DNA of 64,000 nt. Source: a virus. Lineage: Duplodnaviria > Caudoviricetes. The DNA lies in the IMG/VR virus record IMGVR_UViG_3300014204_000124, positions 1-64,000 of that record. One strand, given 5' to 3'. The notes under the pieces were generated by a model. That model worked only from the letters and a program-made list of their open reading frames with translations. It was not told the DNA's origin and made no database searches. Below, in pieces: positions 50,414 through 59,712 of the stretch. The position numbers were made by a program, and so were the translations under genes. How positions within the stretch are numbered: position 1 is the first letter of the stretch; every line of letters begins with the position of its first letter.

Positions 50414-50923
50414 ATGAAAGGGTTGACAGTGATACAGCCGTGGGCATGGCTCATAGCGAACGGGAAGAAGCTGATTGAGACGAGGACGTGGTCGACGGAC
50501 TACCGAGGGCCGCTTCTGATTCATGCGGGGAAGAGATTTGGGAGCGAGGAATCGTATGTTTGCCATTGTTTCCGGGGCACCTATATGCGTTCTTCTCCTG
50601 TGCCTGAGAGTCAAAGGGTTCCTGTACCGTATGATCTGGAGCTTGGGGCGGTGGTCGCTGTTGCCGAACTGGCTGGGTGCCGGTTGTTGCGAGAAGATGG
50701 TCTAAGGTCTGCCGCCGGGTTCTTGGGTGTGGAAGGGGAAGTCCCTGAATACGTCGCAAGGTTCTTTCGCCACTACCATGGGTTTCCCCGGCTTTATGCG
50801 TGGGTGTTGAATGATGTTCGGAAGCTGGAGAACCCAGTCGTGTGCCGGGGGTTGCAGAAATTGTGGACGCCATCGGAAGATGTTTTGGCGAGGGTCAACG
50901 AACAGTTGCAGAAAAATTCTTGA
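50414..50923 (+). CDS. ASCH domain protein
   Basis: LTVIQPWAWLIANGKKLIETRTWST.YRGPLLIHAG ... GLQKLW. Confidence 0.9.
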   Translation: MKGLTVIQPWAWLIANGKKLIETRTWSTDYRGPLLIHAGKRFGSEESYVCHCFRGTYMRSSPVPESQRVPVPYDLELGAVVAVAELAGCRLLREDGLRSAAGFLGVEGEVPEYVARFFRHYHGFPRLYAWVLNDVRKLENPVVCRGLQKLWTPSEDVLARVNEQLQKNS

Positions 50924-50951
50924 CAATCCCGCCCCCTTGATTATACTGTAA
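50920..50951 (+). promoter_or_regulatory. Promoter family copy with leader hairpin and TGACAGC
   Basis: TTGAC-N17-TATACTGTAA; AGGC-GATAGA-GCCT, then TGACAGC. Confidence 0.85.
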
Positions 50952-50993
50952 GGGAATTGAGGCGATAGAGCCTAACTGACAGCGAGGGGAACG

Positions 50994-51293
50994 ATGATAA
51001 CTAGAAGCGAGGTGGTCACGTTTTTGAATGTTCTGCGTGAGGACGGAACCCACGTTGAGGAGTTGCAGGATGCGCCGTGCGGTGCCGCTGTTGCGTCTGT
51101 GGGGGGAGGGAGACGTTGGTTGTTTCTCCCTGAGAGGGTAATCGGTGACACGGGGGAGGTTACGGAAGGGTTTTCGTCGGATTTGTGGCCCGTGACAAAT
51201 TGTGGCCACAACCGGCCTGGGTGTAGAAAAGTTGGTTGTCCGGCGGTGGAAGACCAGGAATGGGCTGCCGCTCAAGATGGGGGTGATAAATGA
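50994..51293 (+). CDS. Hypothetical protein
   Basis: First gene after promoter. Confidence 0.6.
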   Translation: MITRSEVVTFLNVLREDGTHVEELQDAPCGAAVASVGGGRRWLFLPERVIGDTGEVTEGFSSDLWPVTNCGHNRPGCRKVGCPAVEDQEWAAAQDGGDK

Positions 51294-51505
51294 GAAGAGA
51301 GCCAGTTATCAGCAGTAATGTGAAGGCCGTAGGGCATGACGCGAAGACCTCAACTCTGGAGGTCGAGTTCAATTCCGGGGCCGTGTATCAGTACACGGGT
51401 GTTCCGAAAGAAGTCTACACGGCGATGGTGGGAGCCCAGAGTGTTGGCAAATACTTCGGGGCGAACGTGAAGGGGGTGTATCCCTTCGTGAAGATCTCCG
51501 GGTAG
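51290..51505 (+). CDS. KTSC domain protein
   Basis: SSNVKAVGHD....TLEVEFNSGAVYQY.GVP...Y..M..A.S.GKYF. Confidence 0.9.
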   Translation: MRREPVISSNVKAVGHDAKTSTLEVEFNSGAVYQYTGVPKEVYTAMVGAQSVGKYFGANVKGVYPFVKISG

Positions 51506-51513
51506 TCAGTCGA

Positions 51514-51529
51514 GCCCCCGCAAGGGGGC
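51514..51529 (+). terminator. GC hairpin with GCAA loop after KTSC gene (terminator or processing site)
   Basis: GCCCCC-GCAA-GGGGGC; no good U-tract; abuts palindrome motif. Confidence 0.4.
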
Positions 51530-51552
51530 GCAATCGATTTCGGGGTGAGTCA

Positions 51553-51906
51553 ATGACTACCAGAGAATCCATGGAGTGTCCGTTCTGCAAAGAGAAGCTG
51601 GTTTTCGTTCGGGTTACGAACGGGGATTGGGGACTGTGTTGCCCGGAGTGTTGCTTCGCACTGCCGACGTTTCGAACTCAGGAAATGGCCGGGGACAAGT
51701 GTTTTGCCTTGTGCGACCAGATCGCTTTGAGGGTAGCTGCGAAGGTAGAGGGAGCGAGAGCGGAGTTGGCCGAAGAGAAGGCGAAGGTGGCTGCGTTGAT
51801 GGACTTGCTTGATGGCAAGACGGTTGATGCGAAGTTCCTTCTCCCAGCACCGCTGAGGTTCGTGGAGATGACATTCGAGCTACCGAAAGATGGAGGCGAA
51901 TTATGA
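51553..51906 (+). CDS. Zn-finger protein, paralog of 55299-55532
   Basis: SMECPFCK.KLVF....GLCC..C. Confidence 0.6.
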   Translation: MTTRESMECPFCKEKLVFVRVTNGDWGLCCPECCFALPTFRTQEMAGDKCFALCDQIALRVAAKVEGARAELAEEKAKVAALMDLLDGKTVDAKFLLPAPLRFVEMTFELPKDGGEL

Positions 51907-52241
51907 CAGAGTTTGAGGCGAAGCAGGCTGTTGTGGATGTAGTGGGAGAGCCGTGGGCGGTGGAAGACGTGTTGCTGCGTCCGTACGGTAACGGAGGCTG
52001 GGCGATTATGGCGACGCGTCCGCTTCGTATAGTTGTCGTTGGGAGACAAGTTCTGGAGTGTCACGGCCCGGAAGCGGGGCGTCCTGCGGTGGTCGGTGCT
52101 CTTGTCGAGTCTTTGTTGTCGAGCGGGCGTTCGCTGCCGTATGACCGGGTGCTACGGGAGAAGGCCGCAGCATGGGCCGAAGAGAAGGAAGAGTTGGAAG
52201 GGAAGATTCAGGAACTTGAGGAAGCGTTGCGGATAACGTAG
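51903..52241 (+). CDS. GEPW-family paralog 2
   Basis: EAKQAVVDVVGEPWAVEDVLL...LVESLLSSGRSLPYDR. Confidence 0.65.
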   Translation: MTEFEAKQAVVDVVGEPWAVEDVLLRPYGNGGWAIMATRPLRIVVVGRQVLECHGPEAGRPAVVGALVESLLSSGRSLPYDRVLREKAAAWAEEKEELEGKIQELEEALRIT

Positions 52242-52252
52242 GGGGTGGCAAT

Positions 52253-52858
52253 GTGCAAGGAAAGCAAGTTCAACTTGGTTGGTGGCTAAACCAGATGAGA
52301 CGCGCCTTGAGAGGGGAAGGAGACTACAAGATTACGCAAGAGCAAGAAAGACGTTTGACGGCTTTAGGAGCACGTCTTTGCCGTAATTTTGTACGAGGCG
52401 AAGAGATGTTTCAAAAAACAATCACAGAGTTGCAAGATTTCAAGTCAGAACATGGGCATTTAGAAGTTCCTGACTCTACCAAATTGGGAGCACGGCTTAC
52501 CAGAATTAGAATGGACATTAGGAGAGGCAAGACAATAGCTGGCGGGAATACGCTTTCGCCCGAGCAGGTACTTTGCCTGCGGGATATGGGAGTGCGCCTG
52601 GAACTGAGAAATGGAAGAGGGGGAGAATGGTTTGAGAAGCGTTTTCAGGAGTTGGTGGAATTTAAGTTAGCGCATGGTGGAAATTTGCCGAATGGAGCGG
52701 ATAAAGCCTTGCGGCACTGGGTTTACATAAGGTCGCAGATGATAAGGGGCAATATCGAATGTACGATGACAGAAGAACAAAAAAGCAGGCTGGTGCAGGC
52801 GGGCGTAGGGGTTACAAAAGACAAAAGCCAGGGAAGCGAGGTGCATCCTTGGGCTTGA
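52253..52858 (+). CDS. Helicase-associated (HA) domain repeat protein
   Basis: ELQDFKSEHGHLEVP...LG and FQELVEFKLAHG...L.HW repeats; no helicase core. Confidence 0.7.
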   Translation: MQGKQVQLGWWLNQMRRALRGEGDYKITQEQERRLTALGARLCRNFVRGEEMFQKTITELQDFKSEHGHLEVPDSTKLGARLTRIRMDIRRGKTIAGGNTLSPEQVLCLRDMGVRLELRNGRGGEWFEKRFQELVEFKLAHGGNLPNGADKALRHWVYIRSQMIRGNIECTMTEEQKSRLVQAGVGVTKDKSQGSEVHPWA

Positions 52859-52895
52859 ATAGGTAATGCCGCATGGAGCGGGGGAGGGGTGTGAT

Positions 52896-54416
52896 ATGAG
52901 AAAAGCGCACGAGGTTGTTCCGAGACCGGATATGACGCAGTATCTTTACTTCTTTGAGAATGGGTACGGTGCTTCGGTGATTCAGTTCAAGGACGGGCAT
53001 GAAGGGCTTTGGGAGCTTGGGGTTAGGGAGAAGGGGAAGCGTGGGATGTGGTGTCTGACCGATAAATCTCCCATTGGCGACGTGGTGTTTGGAGGGCAGA
53101 CCGAGGCTGAGATTGACGCCTTGCTCGACAGGCTTGAAGCGTTGCCGAAGAGGTTCGGGGCGAAAAGTTCTGTACAGAAAGAGGTGGTAAAATGAGGAAG
53201 CGAGGTAAGCCGAGACCGTTCGACGACGTTGGTGGAAAGTTCGACACGACGCCGAAGCGTGAGAGTTGTCTGCCGACTGTCGAGCCTGTACTGGTTGGGC
53301 ACAAAGGCGACCTAACCATTCACGGTCCGCTTGTTTTCCAGACCCCTATTGGTAGACGGAACAACACAAAGGAGCTTTTCGCAAAAGTGATGGCTGAAGG
53401 AGGATTCGCAGCGGCTGCGGTGAGTGTTCCTCCGATGGAAGGCCCTCCGATTGGTTTTACGTTGATGCTTCAAGCCAATAGGGGAGAATCTCGACGGTTG
53501 CATTTGGACTGGTACGGGCTGTGCCGGACGTGCGCCAATTGGGGCGATAAGGTGGGAGCATGGAAGCGTGGGAGCCTGGACGTGTATGTGTGCGGGTGTT
53601 CCGAGTCTGAGCTTTCCGGGCAGCATACCACGTCTTCCGGGCTTTGCCCGAAGTGGGAGTCATTCGACCCGGAAGTGGAGAGCGAGTTAAAGGCCGAATG
53701 GGATCGTGGCGAGAACCCAGGGGAGTAGGTGATGAGGAAGAAGACTGTTCCGAAAAACAATGTCAACAAAGCGTGTGCTTGGGCTGGGATTAGGAGGGTT
53801 CGTCGTAACCTGGACGAGTTTGAAGCGTCGGCATTTGAGACAGATGTCCACCCTTCGCTAGACCTGTCTAGGTGGTCTTGGGAAGGGACGTGCCTGACGT
53901 TCCGGGTTGATGAACGGTCGGTGTTATATTTCTTGTTTGACGGGCCTTCGAAGATGGCTTCCATATTCCAGGTGACTTTGTCGTCTGTTCTGGCTGACGG
54001 CGATGTCATGAATATCGTCTTGTCGGATTTCCCAGGTGGTGATGTCGTTGCACGGGCCTTGTTTGGTGACACGGACGCCTGCGACGGCGTTATTACCGCC
54101 TTGAGCTGGAGGCGGAGACATGAGTAAGGTCTTGTGTTGCTACGAGAGTGAGATAGGTGACCCTGCTGCCTGGAAGGAAGTTGGCGACGTTGACGAAGAC
54201 TGTTCGGAGCGGTGGGCAGTTTCAGATTTCTGCGCAGAGGAGCTGATACGCAGGAACATAGCGGAATGGAAGTTCGACTCGGTGGTGGCCGTGTCTTTGG
54301 ACGGCGGGCAGACGTGGGCGAAGTTCGATTGTTATTACACAGAGGAATGTTGCCCAGACTATAGTGACTGCTGGTGGGCGCTTGAGGCGGAGCGGGTGGC
54401 CGAGAATCGTCCTTGA
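52896..54416 (+). other. Hypothetical CDSs 52896-53195, 53192-53728, 53729-54127, 54120-54416
   Basis: Coupled ORFs. Confidence 0.55.
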
Positions 54417-54440
54417 CTTCGCCCCTGATTGTGCTATAAC
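54413..54440 (+). promoter_or_regulatory. Variant promoter
   Basis: TTGACT-N16-TATAAC preceded by TG. Confidence 0.6.
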
Positions 54441-54443
54441 GCC

Positions 54444-56436
54444 ATGGACGGCAAGGAGGCTGCAATGGACGGGTTGGTGGGCAAGAAGGGCGACAATCTG
54501 TTGAATGGCCGGTGCATCCTGGTCATGCCCGGTGGGGTGACGCTCGTCATCGGGCAGGTCCAGTATATTGGTGGGCAAGCGGTAGAGATTGCAGACGCTT
54601 GCCCGGCTCAGTTGTTCAAGTTCCAACTTGACGACAAGCGGACCTTTGACTTGAAGGTAAAGGAATGAAGTACGTTGTGCGCCTTCCCCTTGAAGTGGAG
54701 GCCATGCAGCTTCGGGCTGATTCGCCGGAAGACGAAGTGAAAGCCTTTATTGGCAGCGAGCGTTTCCGAGGGTTCGTCCACGACGAGAATGGGATCAAAG
54801 AAGTCATTGTCTGGATAACCTCTGGGTTCGTTATCGGTGTCAGACCTTCTATGTTTTTGGTGAAGGATGGCCGCGGCGTGACGGTGTACGAGTGGGCAGA
54901 ATTCGACCGCTTGTACAAGGAGAAGCTATGAACAAGGTAACGGGATTGGTAGTGAGGTTCTTCGGGCTGCCTGCTTCGGCTGTACGGGAACCGCTTTGCC
55001 ATTGGCTCCACGCATTTGGTCCCAGTACGGCCAGATATTTAACGATGGCTGCGAAATGGGAAGGGTTTGGAACTAGCTTGATAATACAGACTAGGCCCAA
55101 AGGGGCTGTGGCCCGGTTCTTTTTGCAGATGAAAGACACGGCGAACTGGAGCGAACCGTGGCCTGTGATCAAGGCGAAATTCGAGTCTGGGCAGTATACC
55201 GGGTACAAGTTGGTGGAGTTCGACCCGGCGTTTGACAAAGAGAAGCGGTTGACGGCGATAGCGATTCTGATTGAGCACTTGTGCAAGGGGAGGGCAACAT
55301 GATGGTTCCTGGAAGGTCTATGGAGTGTCCATTCTGTAAGGGGGAACTTGTTTTCGCCAAGGCCGGGGCTGGGGTTGGCCTTTGCTGTCTCGGGTGCGGA
55401 CTCGTAAAGCCATTGATTGAAGAGTACGAGCGGTTGAGGAACGAGGTGGGGAGCGTGAGGGGGCTTCTTGGGGCGTCTGCTTTGCCGACTGCTGCGTGGG
55501 CGGAGCGGGTGGCCGAGAATCCAGGAGAATAGGTGTCATGATGGATTTAAGAATGTCTTTGGGAGATGTCATTGAAAGGTTTCGTCTGGCGAACGGATTG
55601 CCCTCGATTGCTTCATGGGCTCGGGATGGCCAGGGATGGGTGACGCTGCGAATTGGTCGGATGACCCTCACAATGGGCAATGAGCAAAGATGGCACGCAA
55701 GGAGTTGGGGAGGGATCGCCGACAGTCCGTCTGGAACTCTCCAGGATGCCGTGGAGTGGCTGAAGGCACATGGCTTGGACGTACGTCCCGAGCCAGAACG
55801 GTTCGGGTTGATTGGCTCGAAAACGAATGTCTCCGAGCATGGAGGGATAAGTTGGAGTTGGCGTGGGCAGGATGTTCAGTTGCACTACTACCCGTTGGCT
55901 CCAAAGCCGTGGTCTGTTGTTTGGGATTTTGGCGAACAAGAGAACGATTTTGTTTCTTGTTCTGAGGCATGCAAATGGATGATCTCCACCAAATCGGGAG
56001 TATGGTGTCGATGAACAACAAGTTTAGATATAGATTATCAGAACATGCACAAAGCAACGTCGAGAGATGTCGGTGTGGCGGTGAGTGCATTGTTCGTGAC
56101 AGCACGGCGTTTTGCGATACCGGGAAACGGTATGATGGTTTCGAGTGCAACAGCCGGGACTTTGGGTCTGGCTATTGGTACCGTTCGCCGGAATGCGACA
56201 TGAGGTACATCGCGAAACTAGAGTACGAGAATAAATCTCTTATTGAGCAATCGGAGAAAGCCTTGGCTGAAGTTTCCAGACTACGAGTCGCGCTTGCTGA
56301 GGCGTATGAAGCGGTGCATGAGCATTGCGGCATGATGGCAATTGATCCTGGCCCGACCTATGGGTGGGTGAAGGTAGAGTGTAAGGACTGTCAGAGAACA
56401 CAGTGTGTTGTGCAACGATATCCGTTGGAGGTTTGA
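54444..56436 (+). other. Hypothetical CDSs ~54465-54668, 54665-54931, 54928-55302, 55299-55532, 55538-56014, 56011-56436
   Basis: Coupled ORFs. Confidence 0.55.
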
Positions 56437-56440
56437 CGAG

Positions 56441-56821
56441 ATGAAGGACGTTATGACCATAGAAGAGGCGAGACAGCGGGTAGTGGACTTCGTCGGTCCG
56501 CCGTGGACGCCGGATGATGTGATCATTGGTGAGACGGGCACAAAGGGGTTCTTCTTTGCAAAAACGAGAGTTCCCGACGTTTCCGTATCGAGCAGAGGGA
56601 TTCAAGACTTCCACGGGCGGGAAGTGACGAAGGGATATGTTGCTTCTCGGCTGGTCGAGGCTCTATACAAGGCGGGGCAGATACTCCCGTGGGAGCGTGA
56701 GCTTGCCGGGTCGGAACATAGCCGGGAGACACTGTTCGAGGTATGCCATTCGCAGGAGAAGAAACTCGATAGCCTGGAGAGGCAAGTCGAGGAGTTGAAG
56801 GCATTGGCCGGAGGAGGATGA
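56441..56821 (+). CDS. GEPW-family paralog 3
   Basis: EARQRVVDFVGPPWTPDDVIIG...RDF/QDF...LVEALYKAGQILPWERE. Confidence 0.65.
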   Translation: MKDVMTIEEARQRVVDFVGPPWTPDDVIIGETGTKGFFFAKTRVPDVSVSSRGIQDFHGREVTKGYVASRLVEALYKAGQILPWERELAGSEHSRETLFEVCHSQEKKLDSLERQVEELKALAGGG

Positions 56822-57807
56822 TGATGAATAGGTTCGATGTTGTAGCCGAGAAGTTCGAGGCGTTGTGTCGGCAGTACGCCATGCCTGTTCCGAGGGTCGT
56901 GCCGTCGTTGGCGACTGACCCGTGCGACTTCACGTCGGCAGAAGAGGTTCGGTTGAACGTGGAAGCTGCTGGGGAGATTGACGCTGACTACCATGCGAGG
57001 CATGTGTTCGGGCATTACCTATGTGATCTCCACTGTTCGGAGCCGAGCGGGAATCAGGATTGGGCAGACCCGATTGCCGATCTGATAGCGCAGTGGACGA
57101 CGAGCCATGATTCGATGGTCCGTTTGACCAGAGTATTCGAAGGGGCACGGTCATGTTCATCATCGGGAAGCATTGTAAGGATGTCCCTGGTGCAACCGAT
57201 GTCAGAAGGGGCGAATTTGGCATTTTGGCATGAGGGAAAGGAAGATGATTGAGGTAGGTCAGAAGCTATGGTTCGTGCCGTACGAGCCGCACAGGAATCC
57301 ACCGTTTGAGGTGGAGGTGGTCAAGGTCGGAAGGCGGTATGTCACGGTGAGTCGGTGGGAAGGCGACACCAACTTATTGAAACTGGAGAAGGATTCTCTC
57401 AGGCAGGCAGGTAGTGCCGGAAGCAAGGCATACGTGAGCAGGGGCGCGTATGATGATTGGGTTGCCTGCGAGCGTGCGTGGAGTATGTTGCGGGAAGCGG
57501 TATGCTGGTCAAGACCAGAGAGTGTTACGATGGACCGGATCATGGGAGCTTTGGCCTTGCTTCGGGGTGAATAATGGGAGCCATGAGGGTGCGTGGGAGA
57601 AGATTCGTTGTGTGTGACACTGCCGGGATGTTCCGGGGGTGTGCCAAATGTGAGTTTTCTGCTCCTCAATGGAAGGAGGCATTCTGGGCTCCTCCGAATA
57701 GGGCATATGATGTTTGGCATTCAGGGAGGATGCAGTGCCCGTTTGGGCGAGAGATTGGATGTTATCTAGCTGTCAGGCTTTTCGAAGTCTCAGAAATAAA
57801 TTCTTGA
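56818..57807 (+). other. Hypothetical CDSs 56818-57252, 57245-57574, 57574-57807
   Basis: Coupled ORFs. Confidence 0.55.
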
Positions 57808-57877
57808 CATTATCCGCAGTCCGATTATGCTGTAAGGGTCCAGCAGAGGAACTGGGCATTGACAGCTAATGGGGGAC
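57780..57877 (+). repeat. Promoter-leader cassette repeat, copy C (promoter 57804-57835)
   Basis: 94/98 identical to 11337-11434. Confidence 0.95.
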
Positions 57878-57880
57878 GAG

Positions 57881-59391
57881 ATGGCTATTAGAGTTATGGT
57901 CCGCTTTGAAAGCGACGCGGAAGCATTGGCTTCCGGTCGAGACATCAAAATAGTGAGGGACCATCACTTACACCGGGAGGGAGTGCGCCATGCTGCGGAT
58001 TGCCCGTGGTTCAAAAGCGGTCGTCCGGACGGGGAAGATAAGGAGTTGACGAAGGAATGTACGCGGTGCGAAAAGGTCGGCCCGTTGTATATGGAGACAA
58101 CGCACAAGGGGCTGGTTGTGGCGACGGGTGAGCACAACCACCGCGACGATTCTGATTTTTATGCAATCATTTGGAGCACTTCAAAGGGGTGCCCCGTTGA
58201 AATAACATACGCCACTACACGGGCATGGACATACCCGAATTCGGCCTGTGTCGATGCTCCGCCGGAGATCATGGCCGCATTCAACGAGTGGAAACTGGAG
58301 GAGTATGAGGGGAGACGCCGAGCGGCGGATATAGCGCAGGCGCAAGTGGCCCTAAAGGGCCGCAAGGTGAGGGTTAAGGGAGGGAAGTGGGCGGGGCGTT
58401 CCGGGATTGTCTTTTACAGGGAGGAGCGAAAATCCAAGTATGGAACTTGGAGCTATGGATTCCGCCTTGGGATATCCCCGTCCGGCGTACGGGATTCTTC
58501 CGGGTACTTGGATGCTATTTGGGTGGACGAAAAACTGGTGGAGGTTGAGTGGCAACTATATCTGAAGGACGCGGTCAGTGCGGAGTTGCTTCTCGAATCT
58601 GTAGGAGAGTAATATGACATTCGATGCTGTATTGTCAGAAGTTGAGGCCAGGGCGTTGCAGGCGAGAGTTTACTTCGAAAGCCGTGATTGGGAGCGGGCC
58701 GGAGACAGGGAAGGTCACGCTGCCGCTATGGCCCGGCTTTCTGCGCTGGAATCGCTGCTCAAGTGGATGCTTGAGGAGCTCGACCGCAGCCTGTGCGAGC
58801 AGGCTAAGAGGCAAAATGAAAACTAACCGGGGCAGGGAAAAGGCGGAAGAGCGCATTGCAATGATCCGTCAGATGGCGCGCCTTGTCGCAGACAATCATG
58901 TGGCTCAGGCGGAGGTGGCAACTATGTTGGCAGAGTATTATTCGGGCGTGGTCTCCGAGTTAATACGTTCTCATGGGTGGACGGAAGAACGTGTGAAAGA
59001 GGTTTTGAGCAATCCAGAGGTGACGATGTTCGTTGATGGGGCATTCCGGTCCGAGAAGCCGGTCTCGATGGTGGCAATGGGCGTCGTTTCTGTTGAAGAC
59101 AATCTTCTTATGTGCTAGGGGGATTGTATGTCAGAATTTAGAGACATACAGCGGGGGTGTCCGTATCGTGTCCAGAGCGAGAGACTAGGGAGGCAGCTTT
59201 GGGAATTGCGGCTTGTGGCGGAAGAAGAAGTGGAACAGATCACTCATTTTTGTATTAGGCGTGGTGGGCTAGGGTTTATGGGGGTCGAAGGTGTTGCCGA
59301 ATTTAGTGGATTTGGCCGTTTAGGAGATCCCTGTATGGAGGGCGTGTGTGTGGAGTTGAGGGTAATGAGGGGTGAGGCCGTAAGTATATGA
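57881..59391 (+). other. Hypothetical CDSs 57881-58612, 58614-58826, 58816-59118, 59128-59391
   Basis: Packed ORFs after cassette C. Confidence 0.6.
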
Positions 59392-59468
59392 GTATAGAGC
59401 GCAATCGATTGCGGGACCTTCCCGGACTGGAATTGGGATTGAAGAGTAGACGACAATCCGAAAACATC

Positions 59469-59497
59469 TTGCATAGGTAAAAAACGGCGGGTATCAT
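59469..59497 (+). promoter_or_regulatory. Possible sigma70 promoter
   Basis: TTGCAT-N17-TATCAT. Confidence 0.5.
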
Positions 59498-59523
59498 GGG
59501 CCTAACTTAGGCGAGGAGTTGGT

Positions 59524-59703
59524 ATGCCCGACCTAGAGAAGGACCAGGAATTGGTACTCAAGTTTGGGGGAACCGCTTCAGCGGGTTTCATGGTTATCGC
59601 TATTTCTACTTCGGCTTGGGAAATTGCCCGGAAGAAAGCGGAAGAGGAAGGGACGAAACCGAGCGATATTGTTTCAAGAGCATTGGTAGCTTACTGTTCG
59701 TAG
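59524..59703 (+). CDS. 59-aa ribbon-helix-helix-like protein (not in ORF track)
   Basis: SD GAGGAG; ...FMVIAISTSAWEIARKKAEEEGTKPSDIVSRALVAYCS*. Confidence 0.6.
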   Translation: MPDLEKDQELVLKFGGTASAGFMVIAISTSAWEIARKKAEEEGTKPSDIVSRALVAYCS

Positions 59704-59712
59704 GAGGATACA

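Noticed and set aside
54665-54931. Naming this ORF as a known anti-defence sponge
   Set aside because: It only loosely resembles a common phage family (P..VEA.Q...F...Y); I cannot assign a function without a search.
11337-57877. Cassette repeats as attL/attR of a prophage, or as CRISPR repeats
   Set aside because: No integrase or cas genes; phage structural genes lie on both sides; there are three or more copies, each containing a promoter and RBS.
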